A DNA stretch of 64,000 nucleotides from a virus. Every line of letters starts with the position of its first letter. Position 1 is the first letter of the stretch. The DNA lies in IMG/VR virus record IMGVR_UViG_3300023179_000031, positions 58,467 through 122,466 of that record, one strand, 5' to 3'. The translations under genes and the position numbers were made by a program. Positions 51,801 to 59,921 of this stretch are shown piece by piece. The notes under the pieces are model-generated. The model saw only the letters and a list, made by a program, of their open reading frames with translations, was not told the origin of the DNA and searched no databases.

Positions 51801-53067
51801 CAGCGCCAAGAAGAGGAAGCAAAGGCTTAATAGAATCAGCAATCTTAATCAATGCAGAAGCTAAAGCCAAAGCTGTATTAGCCATAACTTGAAACGTTGT
51901 TGTTTCTGTCATGGATCTAACTAAAGCTAAGAATTCTTCTTTAACTTTAATGATTCTAATTGCTAGAGAAGCTTGTGCGGTTTCTGCGTTTTTAGTTAAA
52001 CCATTACCAGCATTTTGAGCAACATTAAGAGCGGCCTGCGCCGTACTAAACTGTTGTAACAATGGAAGAACCTTACCAATTTGTCGGAATCCACCCAGCT
52101 CTTCAGCAATTTTGATAAATGTTAAATCACCTTCGCCAAGCCCACTAATAGCTTCGCTCAATCTTTTAATAGCCTCATATGGGCCAACGAACTTTCCATT
52201 TAAATCTACAAGTTCAACACCAAACCGTTTTAAGAATTCAATTGTTTCTGGTCGCTGGATACGTGTAAAAATAGTTCTTAAGCCCGTACCAATACTTTCA
52301 GCACTTTCACGGGTTGTGGCTCGTACTGATGTGAATAGAGCTAGTAATTCGTTAAGACTACCACCAGACGCCTTAAACACACCACCAGAGCGACGAATAA
52401 CGTCGATTAAGTCACCAGCTTCTACGGCGAATGCGCCAGCAACAGCATCAATAGAACTAAGCTGACCTTCTAATGCTCCAACACCTTGTTTAAACTGTGC
52501 AAGAATAGCAATAGCACCCTCTGCCGTTTCTTGAATGCTATCAAAGTTAGGAGCAAGTGCAGCTTTAGCTAAAGATTCTAAAGCAATTTTAGTATCATCA
52601 CTAGACAAACCGGCCTGTGTTAAAACAGTGGTTACTTCTAACAATGATTCAGATGTTACGCCTAATCCAGTAGACAAATTCGTAACAGAGTCAGTTAAGT
52701 CTCTTAAACTACTAACACTTCTGCCAGTAACCTGAGAAATTTTAATCAATTCTCGCTCAAAATCAATAGCAGTTTTTACAGCATCAGACAGTGTGCTAGT
52801 AAATAATCCTACCGCTCTAGTGGCGATAGAAAAAGCCGCAAAGCGACGAATAGAAACAGCAAAGGCATTACCCATTCTACCAGCCGCAGTAGTTGCGGCT
52901 TGGGTAGATTGAGTTATTTGCTGTAGTTGCTGATTAGCTTGGGCCGAACCGCGAACTTGAACGTTTACGCTAACGTTATTTAGCTGATTTTGAATCTGGC
53001 TAACAACTTGCGCTACGTTATTGGGGGCTTGAAGCTGTAGCTGTGCAGTCAGTACGAATCTAGACAT
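45862..53067 (-). CDS. Tail tape measure protein (TP901-type core)
   Basis: AIDFERELIKISQVTG, RESAESIGTGLRTIFTRI, Ala/Gly-rich helices, TM-like segments and three DT(V/I)PA(M/L)LTPGEFV motifs. Confidence 0.92.
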   Translation of the reverse strand: MSRFVLTAQLQLQAPNNVAQVVSQIQNQLNNVSVNVQVRGSAQANQQLQQITQSTQAATTAAGRMGNAFAVSIRRFAAFSIATRAVGLFTSTLSDAVKTAIDFERELIKISQVTGRSVSSLRDLTDSVTNLSTGLGVTSESLLEVTTVLTQAGLSSDDTKIALESLAKAALAPNFDSIQETAEGAIAILAQFKQGVGALEGQLSSIDAVAGAFAVEAGDLIDVIRRSGGVFKASGGSLNELLALFTSVRATTRESAESIGTGLRTIFTRIQRPETIEFLKRFGVELVDLNGKFVGPYEAIKRLSEAISGLGEGDLTFIKIAEELGGFRQIGKVLPLLQQFSTAQAALNVAQNAGNGLTKNAETAQASLAIRIIKVKEEFLALVRSMTETTTFQVMANTALALASALIKIADSIKPLLPLLGAVAAFKAVKGIGGFLGGVGAGLTSGRTFHSGGRVHAFATGGLVPGTGNSDTVPAMLTPGEFVIRKSSVAKLGAENLAQMNSGGLVQKFAAGGIVNNNRHAYGNDIPASIYKKAKASFTSSQWSRMTKEERDAKAAEFSAKTTPPSKDRPKGKEGSKGQVKNITLSQPFGVSFLKGFGSNVDMSSTINDVFKYGNASGTKVLREAILKSTGKKSISEAVPAGAKISATQATTTFLDPQGYKIFEDDITSILPKAFDKAAKNFNGELDVSSPPKTINQLLSKSAINSIEGQFFEAFVRSVTGNVIADDGKSDAIFDFTSINGKQANKLFGVNEFILPNEFKNEPNRRNIASSIAKGLSLGAGATRIQKFATGGGVGTDTVPALLTPGEFVVNKSSAQRIGYGNLHRMNTVGKYAKGGVVQNFATGGTASGGTKSVVSNFPVPGFDTKAPTLLNKIVAQLIGTFSIADITWQKSSKDIKLLQTITPTLAKSLKEYANVANLSTTQEGQLAAAYGKLVNTMLLQGKTNDQIVTSMQPYVGALQADTNAKLASAKATAAMTLAGATSSVTTAATSAAQPTATTSTVGASPTPKQGINVQKVYLDAIKADYKESFQQIKNAHDQEVKSAQASGKSQQEIANITNQYKQQVQQLNANTISKIKTAQASVINASATASTVLPNTTPGKATPSSGVAVVSSGKSKANSSGVGSSQDAQGGLIALTLLPSIIQSMIPPIDENSSAITRMTNSLLSMATTVGGVIFALQSFGVSLNVDKLKTLLGTGSGSLGDIIGGVTSGKQRAGESFKEAFQTGKIDGKIKNLRDSAPNRQGDSRGAYDTASGRFVRNDTPMQQLSRQTRADQIRELRTQRSSTPTSVTGKFAQNIGKASSQSGAAGNATNAAMNSANFVGKSFQNVGGYAMSGIGSGVQLAASKVGLGNVASSVGTKLSGAMTGITQAAGPLITNLVSLAGPLIAIGGSALVVSSVFNTLISSMYDYDNQLKKAISKGDVSKAGKVAGQKYELETANTARTAGATAGAGIGFFLGGPIGSAIGATIGAGIGTLFANAAPGLTESLNILFGGNTKASAIALAEAQAQAVKTSQALAEAQTSAETSIKDFQAGTMTAAEALRKVQYATQEVNNLQQKNEKAVTKNNENKSEIGSGAIARNLGAYLGGGLFGMETADTRNKRIDSENSKTIEGQKASVLQANDINKQVGLATARTSILSSIKAGKTKEEISTGLDSTLGDSGPQAIRKQASEAFSKAFAANKRGDTETGTAYAEQGAALRKQAEEYEKSISNLIKEQERLEKSLQALNLGLRGPAAGAGAAAAELQNFAAQIEGTALPAVNAIGLLEASATSAGAAMDQASLDKATAQVSSTLTDLGASLAQVEKFQGMSGAFNSAQVKYKDVSQQIKDEQSASGKSFTPEEIRKKFAEKLGEGAPEEFKNIVNGIELTDAITDQIARGDYSGIADALGEQGKKFFEPVQKVLQDYQKAQDVLVKLTKERIDTERSYIQSVKEAQDLMMEGREIQSKYGGPKLTIEEKRASVLTKANASNNLTGLPALKSASGADFTARSQEIQKRFASNQKRIDAGEGSGTKGGQELRQQQQDLKQAQKDQIQTIRELVKLEEENLKLISEKNKLERDSVDSLVSGDIEKFFDQQAAIGAQAAVATGDQRMIRQFGMSALGDAAKETKRQQEAGVTSIYGQNLAGPRGLTERTYGAALSTAGIQNPLAMAQVAAGTTGQEEASKARLRELGGALGETGQLGQDLSQIDVQTAQMNVDKAEIILQNAVEKGRALGAELMATGGMVYASRGIFVPRGTDTIPAMLTPGEFVVRREAVQRNNNLSILQAMNRGSSPSSSQSGEAVTMATGGIVRYRDGGSTQAERGGGGFGFNLESLGQLAKYLTNFNTSLATNITNLANTKFKITLDTTNVNVNLNGTSFLKDLTDTVQSKLFHYLGEEIKNYSVGNDGKLVRSGSVLPPQK

Positions 53068-53111
53068 AACGCCCTATACTGTTAAAGACCACACTATCCA
53101 CTTCCTACAAA

Positions 53112-53942
53112 CTATCCTTCAGGATTCACTTTCTTGCCTTTATCATCAACATACACGACCGATGGCACATAATTACCATTCTCATCTAGTACGTTTCCGT
53201 CTTTATCAGTTCGCTGACCCTCATCATTGATGTACTGTCCTAGGTTATTGATTCTGCGACCTTCTAGATCAACCGTTTCGCCCTTCTCGTTAACTAGGGA
53301 GAGATCGTCATTAACGAAATGGTACTGTTTAAGAAACTTGTTTTCTGGAAGGTTAGCTTCGAAGTCTTTGTCGATAGAATACATCATTTGAGCTAGGGCT
53401 GTAGCTGCCGCAAATGCAACTTCGCTATCTGACTTTTCGAGGTATTCGTCTACTGAATTATACACTTTATTGCCATTTTCATAGAAAGCACAGTTGGCAA
53501 CTAAAAACTCAAATCTGGCATTGTCAGAAATGGCTTCTGCGGTATTTTGCTCAAGAGCCATTTTTTCAGCAATTAGCTCTCTTAGCTCATTTCGCTTCTT
53601 TCTCATTTCAATAGCTATATTTTTAGCTTCAGAAGCCTTTACTTTGGCATTCTTGCTTTCACCAACATATAACTGCTTTTCTAAGGCTATTATTTCTGCG
53701 CTAATCTTGTCCTGTTCTACGTCCTTGCCCTTGTCCCAAATACCCTGTTCTTTCATGAACTTGGATAGTTCCTTTTTTGTCATAATTCCATCTCTCACGC
53801 AATCTGTCCAAGCCTTGGCAGAAACTCTTTGAGCTTGAGACATTACTGCGCTTTGTGGTCTTTTTACAACAATCTTGACTGTCTTTTCGCCTTCGCCGTC
53901 TTTAACCTTGACTTCAATAGCTTTATCCTTTTCCTTTGACAT
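53112..53942 (-). CDS. Putative tail assembly chaperone (paralog B)
   Basis: Lies immediately upstream of the TMP; AGGAG RBS; similar to 54310-55347. Confidence 0.6.
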   Translation of the reverse strand: MSKEKDKAIEVKVKDGEGEKTVKIVVKRPQSAVMSQAQRVSAKAWTDCVRDGIMTKKELSKFMKEQGIWDKGKDVEQDKISAEIIALEKQLYVGESKNAKVKASEAKNIAIEMRKKRNELRELIAEKMALEQNTAEAISDNARFEFLVANCAFYENGNKVYNSVDEYLEKSDSEVAFAAATALAQMMYSIDKDFEANLPENKFLKQYHFVNDDLSLVNEKGETVDLEGRRINNLGQYINDEGQRTDKDGNVLDENGNYVPSVVYVDDKGKKVNPEG

Positions 53943-53951
53943 AATAATCTC

Positions 53952-54299
53952 CTATTTCTTTTCTGGTTGAATAACTGGAATCTTAATCGAATATCTTAGC
54001 CACTCTACATCATACTGGGCCAATTCTGCATCAATATTACGTGCTTGATTATTTCCCTTATCTAGTATTTCTGAACGCACCTTTTGAAAAACATCTTTAA
54101 TAATTTGCTGATCTTTTGTTAGTTTGCCATCTGGAGTTTCCCATAAAAAACTAAAATTGTCTTCAATGCTACTTAGAGCGCCAATCATAGTAGTCTGAAT
54201 TTTCTTTTTAAGAATCTTGGATAGTCTTTCTTTGGACTCTTGCTTGTATTTTTCCTCTCTGGCCTTTTTATAGTCAGATCTATTATTCAAATTATCCAT
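53952..54299 (-). CDS. Hypothetical helical protein between tail tube and TMP
   Basis: AGGAG RBS; operon context. Confidence 0.6.
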   Translation of the reverse strand: MDNLNNRSDYKKAREEKYKQESKERLSKILKKKIQTTMIGALSSIEDNFSFLWETPDGKLTKDQQIIKDVFQKVRSEILDKGNNQARNIDAELAQYDVEWLRYSIKIPVIQPEKK

Positions 54300-54309
54300 T
54301 ATAAACTCC

Positions 54310-55347
54310 TTACTTTGATTTAGCTTGTCTTGAGGCCATTTCCATCTTTTGCGTATGTATTTTCATTTTTTCGTCGGCAAATTCTTCTTGATTAACAGTT
54401 CCTTTAGATTCGATAATTTTAGTACGTTGATTAATAATTGCTTTTGATGTAGAGCTATTCATATTTTGAATATTTTTAGCTTTTTCTGGATTTTTAGCCA
54501 TTATGAATACTTCTGATGCTCCCTTGATTTTTTCATTTTTAGTAGAGTTTTCAAAGTCCTTTTCTAGTTTTTCTTTTTCGCGTTTCCTATTTTGAGTTAT
54601 AAACCAGCCATCCAGCATGTCATCATCTTCTATAACTTCTTTACTTGGGCAGTCTAGCGACTCTTGTATGTTATCATACATCTGCGACCAAACTATTAGA
54701 TTTTTCTGATTGTGATTAAGCTCCGTGAGTCCTGCATTGGCAAATAGTTGTAATTGAGATTTTTCTCTAATAATCCATAGTGATTTCCACGGTTCATTTC
54801 GTGCCAAATCCCTGCATTTACTATCTGGTAGAAAAGACATATACCATTGTTCAATAACTGTTTGCAAAGGCGTGTCAGAGAAGTCATAAGGTTGATTATT
54901 TTTAAATGTGAGATTTTGTATAAGCCAAGATGTTTTTTCTGATGAAGCAAATCCTTCACACGTATTTTGGTAATTGTAATTTTTTTGTAGTAATTCTGCT
55001 GATAAAATATCTTCAGTTTCTCTTATTGCAGATCTAATTCTTTTAGCTAGCTTTGGATCTTGTCTAGCCTCATAGATGTCTACTTTAAGATTTTCAACTT
55101 TCTTTTTTATTTCCTCTAACTTGTTTTCGTGAAAGCTTGTCCAAAGATACTGCTCTTTCATCCAAGAAAACATTTCATCTTCTGTCATTAATCCGTCATT
55201 AATTGCTTGTTCGTATGCCTCGTTATATTTCTGACAAGATTCTACTAGTTGATCAATTGTTGGAGAGTGTACAACTAAGCCATCTTGTAAAAATATCTTT
55301 CCAGATCTTATCGTTGAAATAAAAAACTCCCGCTCATGCTGTTTCAT
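54310..55347 (-). CDS. Putative tail assembly chaperone (paralog A)
   Basis: Follows the tail tube gene; shares DGxMT..MKEQ..W..QNTxE with 53112-53942. Confidence 0.6.
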   Translation of the reverse strand: MKQHEREFFISTIRSGKIFLQDGLVVHSPTIDQLVESCQKYNEAYEQAINDGLMTEDEMFSWMKEQYLWTSFHENKLEEIKKKVENLKVDIYEARQDPKLAKRIRSAIRETEDILSAELLQKNYNYQNTCEGFASSEKTSWLIQNLTFKNNQPYDFSDTPLQTVIEQWYMSFLPDSKCRDLARNEPWKSLWIIREKSQLQLFANAGLTELNHNQKNLIVWSQMYDNIQESLDCPSKEVIEDDDMLDGWFITQNRKREKEKLEKDFENSTKNEKIKGASEVFIMAKNPEKAKNIQNMNSSTSKAIINQRTKIIESKGTVNQEEFADEKMKIHTQKMEMASRQAKSK

Positions 55348-55395
55348 TACAAAACCTCATTGCGGGAGTCTTTATTTTTGTTTCCTTTTAAGTCC

Positions 55396-55409
55396 TAGAG
55401 TTTTATAGA
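55396..55409 (+). repeat. 14-bp inverted repeat, copy downstream of tail tube gene
   Basis: TAGAGTTTTATAGA is the exact reverse complement of 56418-56431. Confidence 0.85.
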
Positions 55410-55416
55410 TTAACTA

Positions 55417-56397
55417 TCAGTCTGGGTTGCTATAATCAACAGCAAAGGTATTGTATGTTGAGTAACTATACTTTACTGTAGCATTGCCACCGCTGGCATC
55501 ACCGCCACCGTATGTTACAGACTTTAGATAGCATTTACTACCTAAATCTACATTATACCAACCGGCACCAACGGCGATAGAAACATCTTGTTCTGGAAGA
55601 TCATTAGTATTCTGATCAAAAGCTGTAGTTTCCATATTATTTTCATCAACAAGATATTCTATTTCAGCAGTAACTTCTACTGGATAATTTGGAATGCGAG
55701 CGTATGGAACCTTTTGACCAAGCTGTAGTAAATCTTCACGATTTAAATCCACACCAAGGGTAATAGATTGAACTTTCGAAGTGCCGTGTGGGAGAACCAT
55801 ACTTGTAACATCTCTTCTTGTTAAAACATGTCCATCAATTGGCTCATCAATTGTTGAAGGATCACCATCTATAATATTTGCAACATTAGTAGCAATATCT
55901 ACTAGCTGATCTGTAGACCACGCTTTGTGATTTCCTACAAGCGTGACAGATTCTGTAAGCTGACCATCAACGGGAAACTTATAAGAAACATTGTTTACGT
56001 ACATTCCGGTGCATTTTACTGTATGTAGCGGTGTGCTAACACCAGCATTTTCTGTGTCTTTGTAGATAGCAAACTGTACACATATTCTATTTTTACTATC
56101 AACAAGTAAATCACCACTAGGGGCGGCTATTGTATATGGGGTTGGGTGATTATCTAAAACTTTTTCTAAAGTGATCTCAATTTGTGGAATCTTGAGAACG
56201 CTATCGTAAATTTCAAGTTGACCCAATTCGAAAATATTGTCGAAATCAAAGGTAGTGTTTAAACCAATACTCTGAACACCATGAATAAATTGATAATCTG
56301 AAGCTTGCGGTTCAGCATATGCACCTTGGCTATCTGGTTTTTGTACGGCTATTGCCACGGCCTGACAAGCATAAAATGTACGATCATTTGTTGCCAT
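55417..56397 (-). CDS. Major tail tube protein
   Basis: GVQSIG..FELGQLEIY and duplicated VQSI..REDLLQLG strands; position upstream of chaperones and TMP; strong RBS. Confidence 0.75.
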   Translation of the reverse strand: MATNDRTFYACQAVAIAVQKPDSQGAYAEPQASDYQFIHGVQSIGLNTTFDFDNIFELGQLEIYDSVLKIPQIEITLEKVLDNHPTPYTIAAPSGDLLVDSKNRICVQFAIYKDTENAGVSTPLHTVKCTGMYVNNVSYKFPVDGQLTESVTLVGNHKAWSTDQLVDIATNVANIIDGDPSTIDEPIDGHVLTRRDVTSMVLPHGTSKVQSITLGVDLNREDLLQLGQKVPYARIPNYPVEVTAEIEYLVDENNMETTAFDQNTNDLPEQDVSIAVGAGWYNVDLGSKCYLKSVTYGGGDASGGNATVKYSYSTYNTFAVDYSNPD

Positions 56398-56417
56398 TAT
56401 ATCTCTCCTATGAAAGT

Positions 56418-56431
56418 TCTATAAAACTCTA
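56418..56431 (+). repeat. 14-bp inverted repeat, copy upstream of tail tube gene
   Basis: TCTATAAAACTCTA is the reverse complement of 55396-55409. Confidence 0.85.
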
Positions 56432-56444
56432 ATTATTAATACAC
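56431..56444 (-). promoter_or_regulatory. Putative late promoter GTGTATTAATAATT
   Basis: Intergenic, about 42 nt upstream of the tail tube ATG. Confidence 0.55.
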
Positions 56445-56449
56445 AAAAA

Positions 56450-57424
56450 CTATATATTCGTTTGAATTACTTCTGTGGTGGTTCTAACAATACCTGCATA
56501 AAAATTAGTATTTATTAGGTCCATTCCTTGAACGGTAGAATTCTGTAGCCTAATCTTTTTAGACTTATATTTATCGATTAAATCTGGATATCTTAAAGCT
56601 CCAGAAACCGGGAAACCCCTATAATCTAGGGGCATATCTCCACTGTTTATTACTCTATTGCTATCAAACATGTATATAGTTTTATCATTTTGATATGATA
56701 CAATATCTACTAATTTATTTCTTGTTATTTCGTCTTCAGCTATGCAGTGAAATAGAACATCTGTACAAACCCACTGACCACCTCCAAGCTGAAAACCGCG
56801 CATTGTGCGCCTTGGAACAACCTCAACAGCTATAGCTGGAAGCTGTACTCTCATTTCTGCTGGTAAATCAAACTCGCCCTTGTTTATATTAATAAAACTA
56901 GGGTTTGGCTCTAAAGTTCTGTACTGTATTTCTCGTAGCCAAGGTAAATTATTGGCATATATAATATTAATATATTTATAACTGTATTCTGCCTGAACTT
57001 TACTTCCGGTTGGAATTGGGTTATCAAATACAACTCGACCATTATAATAATCTATTTTGTATGAATATTCACCAGTTGTGCTTACTGGATAAAAATCATC
57101 ATTAATATAGATTCCAGAGATTCCGGGATATGCTGGATCGTTTCCAACAATAGGTGCTGGATCATATGTAATTCCACTTTGCCAAACCCAGTTTTTCCTA
57201 AAACCTTCCCAAGCTACACCTTCTGTAAAATTAGTATTTCCAGACTTTCTTAGTGTACTATAATCTAAATTATCAGAAGATATCTCATTAAGAGAAACAT
57301 TGAAATAGTTGCCCTTTTGTAGCAATCCCCAATCTAAAAATTCTACAATATTATCCTGTAACTCATTATTTAGAGTTGTGTCAAAAATACTATTAATGCC
57401 GTCAATATTTAAATGATTTGCCAT
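56450..57424 (-). CDS. Putative tail terminator/completion protein
   Basis: Directly upstream of the tube gene; QLPAIAVE..GFQLGGG motif. Confidence 0.55.
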   Translation of the reverse strand: MANHLNIDGINSIFDTTLNNELQDNIVEFLDWGLLQKGNYFNVSLNEISSDNLDYSTLRKSGNTNFTEGVAWEGFRKNWVWQSGITYDPAPIVGNDPAYPGISGIYINDDFYPVSTTGEYSYKIDYYNGRVVFDNPIPTGSKVQAEYSYKYINIIYANNLPWLREIQYRTLEPNPSFININKGEFDLPAEMRVQLPAIAVEVVPRRTMRGFQLGGGQWVCTDVLFHCIAEDEITRNKLVDIVSYQNDKTIYMFDSNRVINSGDMPLDYRGFPVSGALRYPDLIDKYKSKKIRLQNSTVQGMDLINTNFYAGIVRTTTEVIQTNI

Positions 57425-58059
57425 TATGCCCCTATGGCGCTTTTGAGAATTGCTGCTATTTCAGCTTCTTGCGTTGGACCAATTAAAGCTCTGGTTATGA
57501 AGTTGTTTTTTTCTGTTCCAGCAAATTGAGGAGGGACTCTAAAAGCTCCACCACTAATCATATGACCAAGACCAGACCTTCCTACTCCAGACTTTGGATC
57601 ATATTGATAATTTACGATAATAATATTGTCACCGCGCTTTAATAACCAATCCATCCAGTGTAAATCTCCACCAGTGATTGATGTGTGTCCTTGTGGTATA
57701 TTGAGAATATTAAGAAAATTTGATGGTTGAAATTCTACAGTTATGCCACCTTGGAGTTTGCTGTTGAATTTAGTAATTTTTACCGTAATTGAATCTTGAA
57801 CTGCGTTTATTATGCTGCTAGTAACAGAAATTGCTTGACCGGGAAGTAAACCAAATTGTCCAGCCAAGGAATCTGGAGATGAGCTATTAAGCGAAATAAT
57901 TTCTGGTTGTGATAAAATCCATCCATTGATAAGATTTTTGCATTTTTGTAATATCTCTGTTTTTTTGTTGGATAACTCTTGATTTGCTAGATTAGCTATA
58001 GCTTCATTTACTTTTTTCTCTATTTCGGCTACTGAATCTAACAATTTAAGTGTTATCAT
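57424..58059 (-). CDS. Putative neck/tail completion protein
   Basis: LHWMDWLL..G..NNFITRAL; head-tail gene position. Confidence 0.5.
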   Translation of the reverse strand: MITLKLLDSVAEIEKKVNEAIANLANQELSNKKTEILQKCKNLINGWILSQPEIISLNSSSPDSLAGQFGLLPGQAISVTSSIINAVQDSITVKITKFNSKLQGGITVEFQPSNFLNILNIPQGHTSITGGDLHWMDWLLKRGDNIIIVNYQYDPKSGVGRSGLGHMISGGAFRVPPQFAGTEKNNFITRALIGPTQEAEIAAILKSAIGA

Positions 58060-58541
58060 ACTCTTTTCCAAAAACAGGCGAAATATCTGTCTTGTTTGAT
58101 GCCCATTGGTATAAATTCGCCAACTCTTTCAAATCTCATTTCTTTGTAATCTTTAATGTTTTTATGGGCTATTAGCTGTTTTGCTTTAAGCACATTTGGT
58201 AAATCAGACATTAAGCCAATGGTTTGAATAGATCCATCTGGTATTTTAATATCACTAGTTACTCCAATCCACTGTTTAGAATCCCAATATACTTTTAATT
58301 TAATATCAGTTAGAGTCTCTACTTCTTTAAATGTTTTGTGTCCAACATCATAAACTGAATTACCGCCAGTTCGGTGTGCATTAATTGAGTTTTTATTAGG
58401 AACATTGTTATTTGGATTGTATACAACTTCTTCTATTTTGTTAATGGAAACAAGTTGACATGTTACTCCAAAAATATCAAACGTAGAGTCTATTAACTCA
58501 TAGTATTTATCGAATACAGATTGTGAAATATTAAGTGGCAT
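58056..58541 (-). CDS. Putative head closure (stopper) protein
   Basis: 161-aa beta-rich ORF in the neck region. Confidence 0.45.
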   Translation of the reverse strand: MPLNISQSVFDKYYELIDSTFDIFGVTCQLVSINKIEEVVYNPNNNVPNKNSINAHRTGGNSVYDVGHKTFKEVETLTDIKLKVYWDSKQWIGVTSDIKIPDGSIQTIGLMSDLPNVLKAKQLIAHKNIKDYKEMRFERVGEFIPMGIKQDRYFACFWKRV

Positions 58542-59905
58542 TATACTATTTTGTGCGCTGTAATGTAAAAATCTAATGTTTGACTAGTAGATGAAGAACT
58601 TCCACAGTTATAAAATACTGATGATATTGTGTTTGTGCCACTTGGGAATGAATAAGTAAGTAGAACGTTATTATTAAGCATTACGCTTGGGCTTACATTA
58701 ACAGAATATGGTTGACCAGATATAATTCCAGAAACCGTAAACGAAGTTGCGTATGTGCTATTTGCGGAAATAACTGGTATTGTTTTATTAACTACTTTAT
58801 AAATTGGAGTGATGTTGTTAATATTACCAGATGTTGTAGTTATAAAATCTTCTAATCTACCACTAGCTGCCGTAACATAATCATCAAATCTGCTTTCACC
58901 GCTAGCAATTGAAGCATTGAGCATAACAATGCCGCTATTGTGTTGTTGCTGTAATGATCCAGAAACAGCGGTGATTCTGTCTGTGAAGTTAGTATTTAGT
59001 GCGCCAGATGCGCTAGTAAGTTGTGTAAATGTGGCATATATGCTTGTAAGATCTGGAATATCTTCTAGTACTAAATTTCTAAAACTTGGATATCCCGGTT
59101 GACAAGGTGGTGCGCATGATGCTGGCGGGCCAGCAAAAACACTGCCAGCATTTTGTTTCTTAAGTAGAATATACTGATTAACAACACCGCTAAGTTCTAG
59201 AACAGCATCGCTACCAGTGAGTTGACCAATAAGGCTTTGAGAATATGCGTACCCATCAAGTCTATTCTTTTCGAAGTGCTGAAATTGAGTACCCCCGGGG
59301 TAGTTTGACTCATTGCCATTTGCTGGTTGAAAATATACACCAGTTGATCCAACATAATATCCAGAAGCGCGAATAGCTGAACTAACGCCACCATCTCCAC
59401 CAATATCTATGCCATATGTTGGATATGTCTTCTGTAGTCCGAGAGAATTAAATGTAGCATCCCAAATAATATTTGAGTCATAGTTTAGGATATTTTCCGA
59501 ATCCCAGATTGCTAGCCCTTTACGTTGTGGAACTTGTAATCCACCTAAACCAGAACCCATCATAACTGCATGAGTGGCTGGATATGTAACATATACCTCT
59601 TTAGTGCCGGGAGGAAAACTTACTAAGCCATTACTATTGCTACTTCTAATTGGGGTTCTATTAGAGAGTGTATCATATGTAATTGCATCTCCATTATCGT
59701 AATCGGCTCTTAGCAAAATACCAGAACCTATCTCATAATTTGTGCCATCTGTAACAGCATAAATTACTGGAGAATTATGACTATACACTGATGCAAAAGA
59801 ACTAAAACCAACGGCGGCTCCAGCTAAACCAAGATTGCCAGTGCCTACAGTGTAGCTTACTTCTTTAATGCGATCATATAAATTAACTAGATTTTGATTA
59901 GGCAC
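58541..59905 (-). CDS. Virion fibre/collar-like protein
   Basis: DRIKE..TVGTG..YEIGSG N-terminus common in phage fibres; GTG start with GGAG RBS. Confidence 0.55.
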   Translation of the reverse strand: MPNQNLVNLYDRIKEVSYTVGTGNLGLAGAAVGFSSFASVYSHNSPVIYAVTDGTNYEIGSGILLRADYDNGDAITYDTLSNRTPIRSSNSNGLVSFPPGTKEVYVTYPATHAVMMGSGLGGLQVPQRKGLAIWDSENILNYDSNIIWDATFNSLGLQKTYPTYGIDIGGDGGVSSAIRASGYYVGSTGVYFQPANGNESNYPGGTQFQHFEKNRLDGYAYSQSLIGQLTGSDAVLELSGVVNQYILLKKQNAGSVFAGPPASCAPPCQPGYPSFRNLVLEDIPDLTSIYATFTQLTSASGALNTNFTDRITAVSGSLQQQHNSGIVMLNASIASGESRFDDYVTAASGRLEDFITTTSGNINNITPIYKVVNKTIPVISANSTYATSFTVSGIISGQPYSVNVSPSVMLNNNVLLTYSFPSGTNTISSVFYNCGSSSSTSQTLDFYITAHKIV

Positions 59906-59921
59906 TTGTTATCTCCATTTA

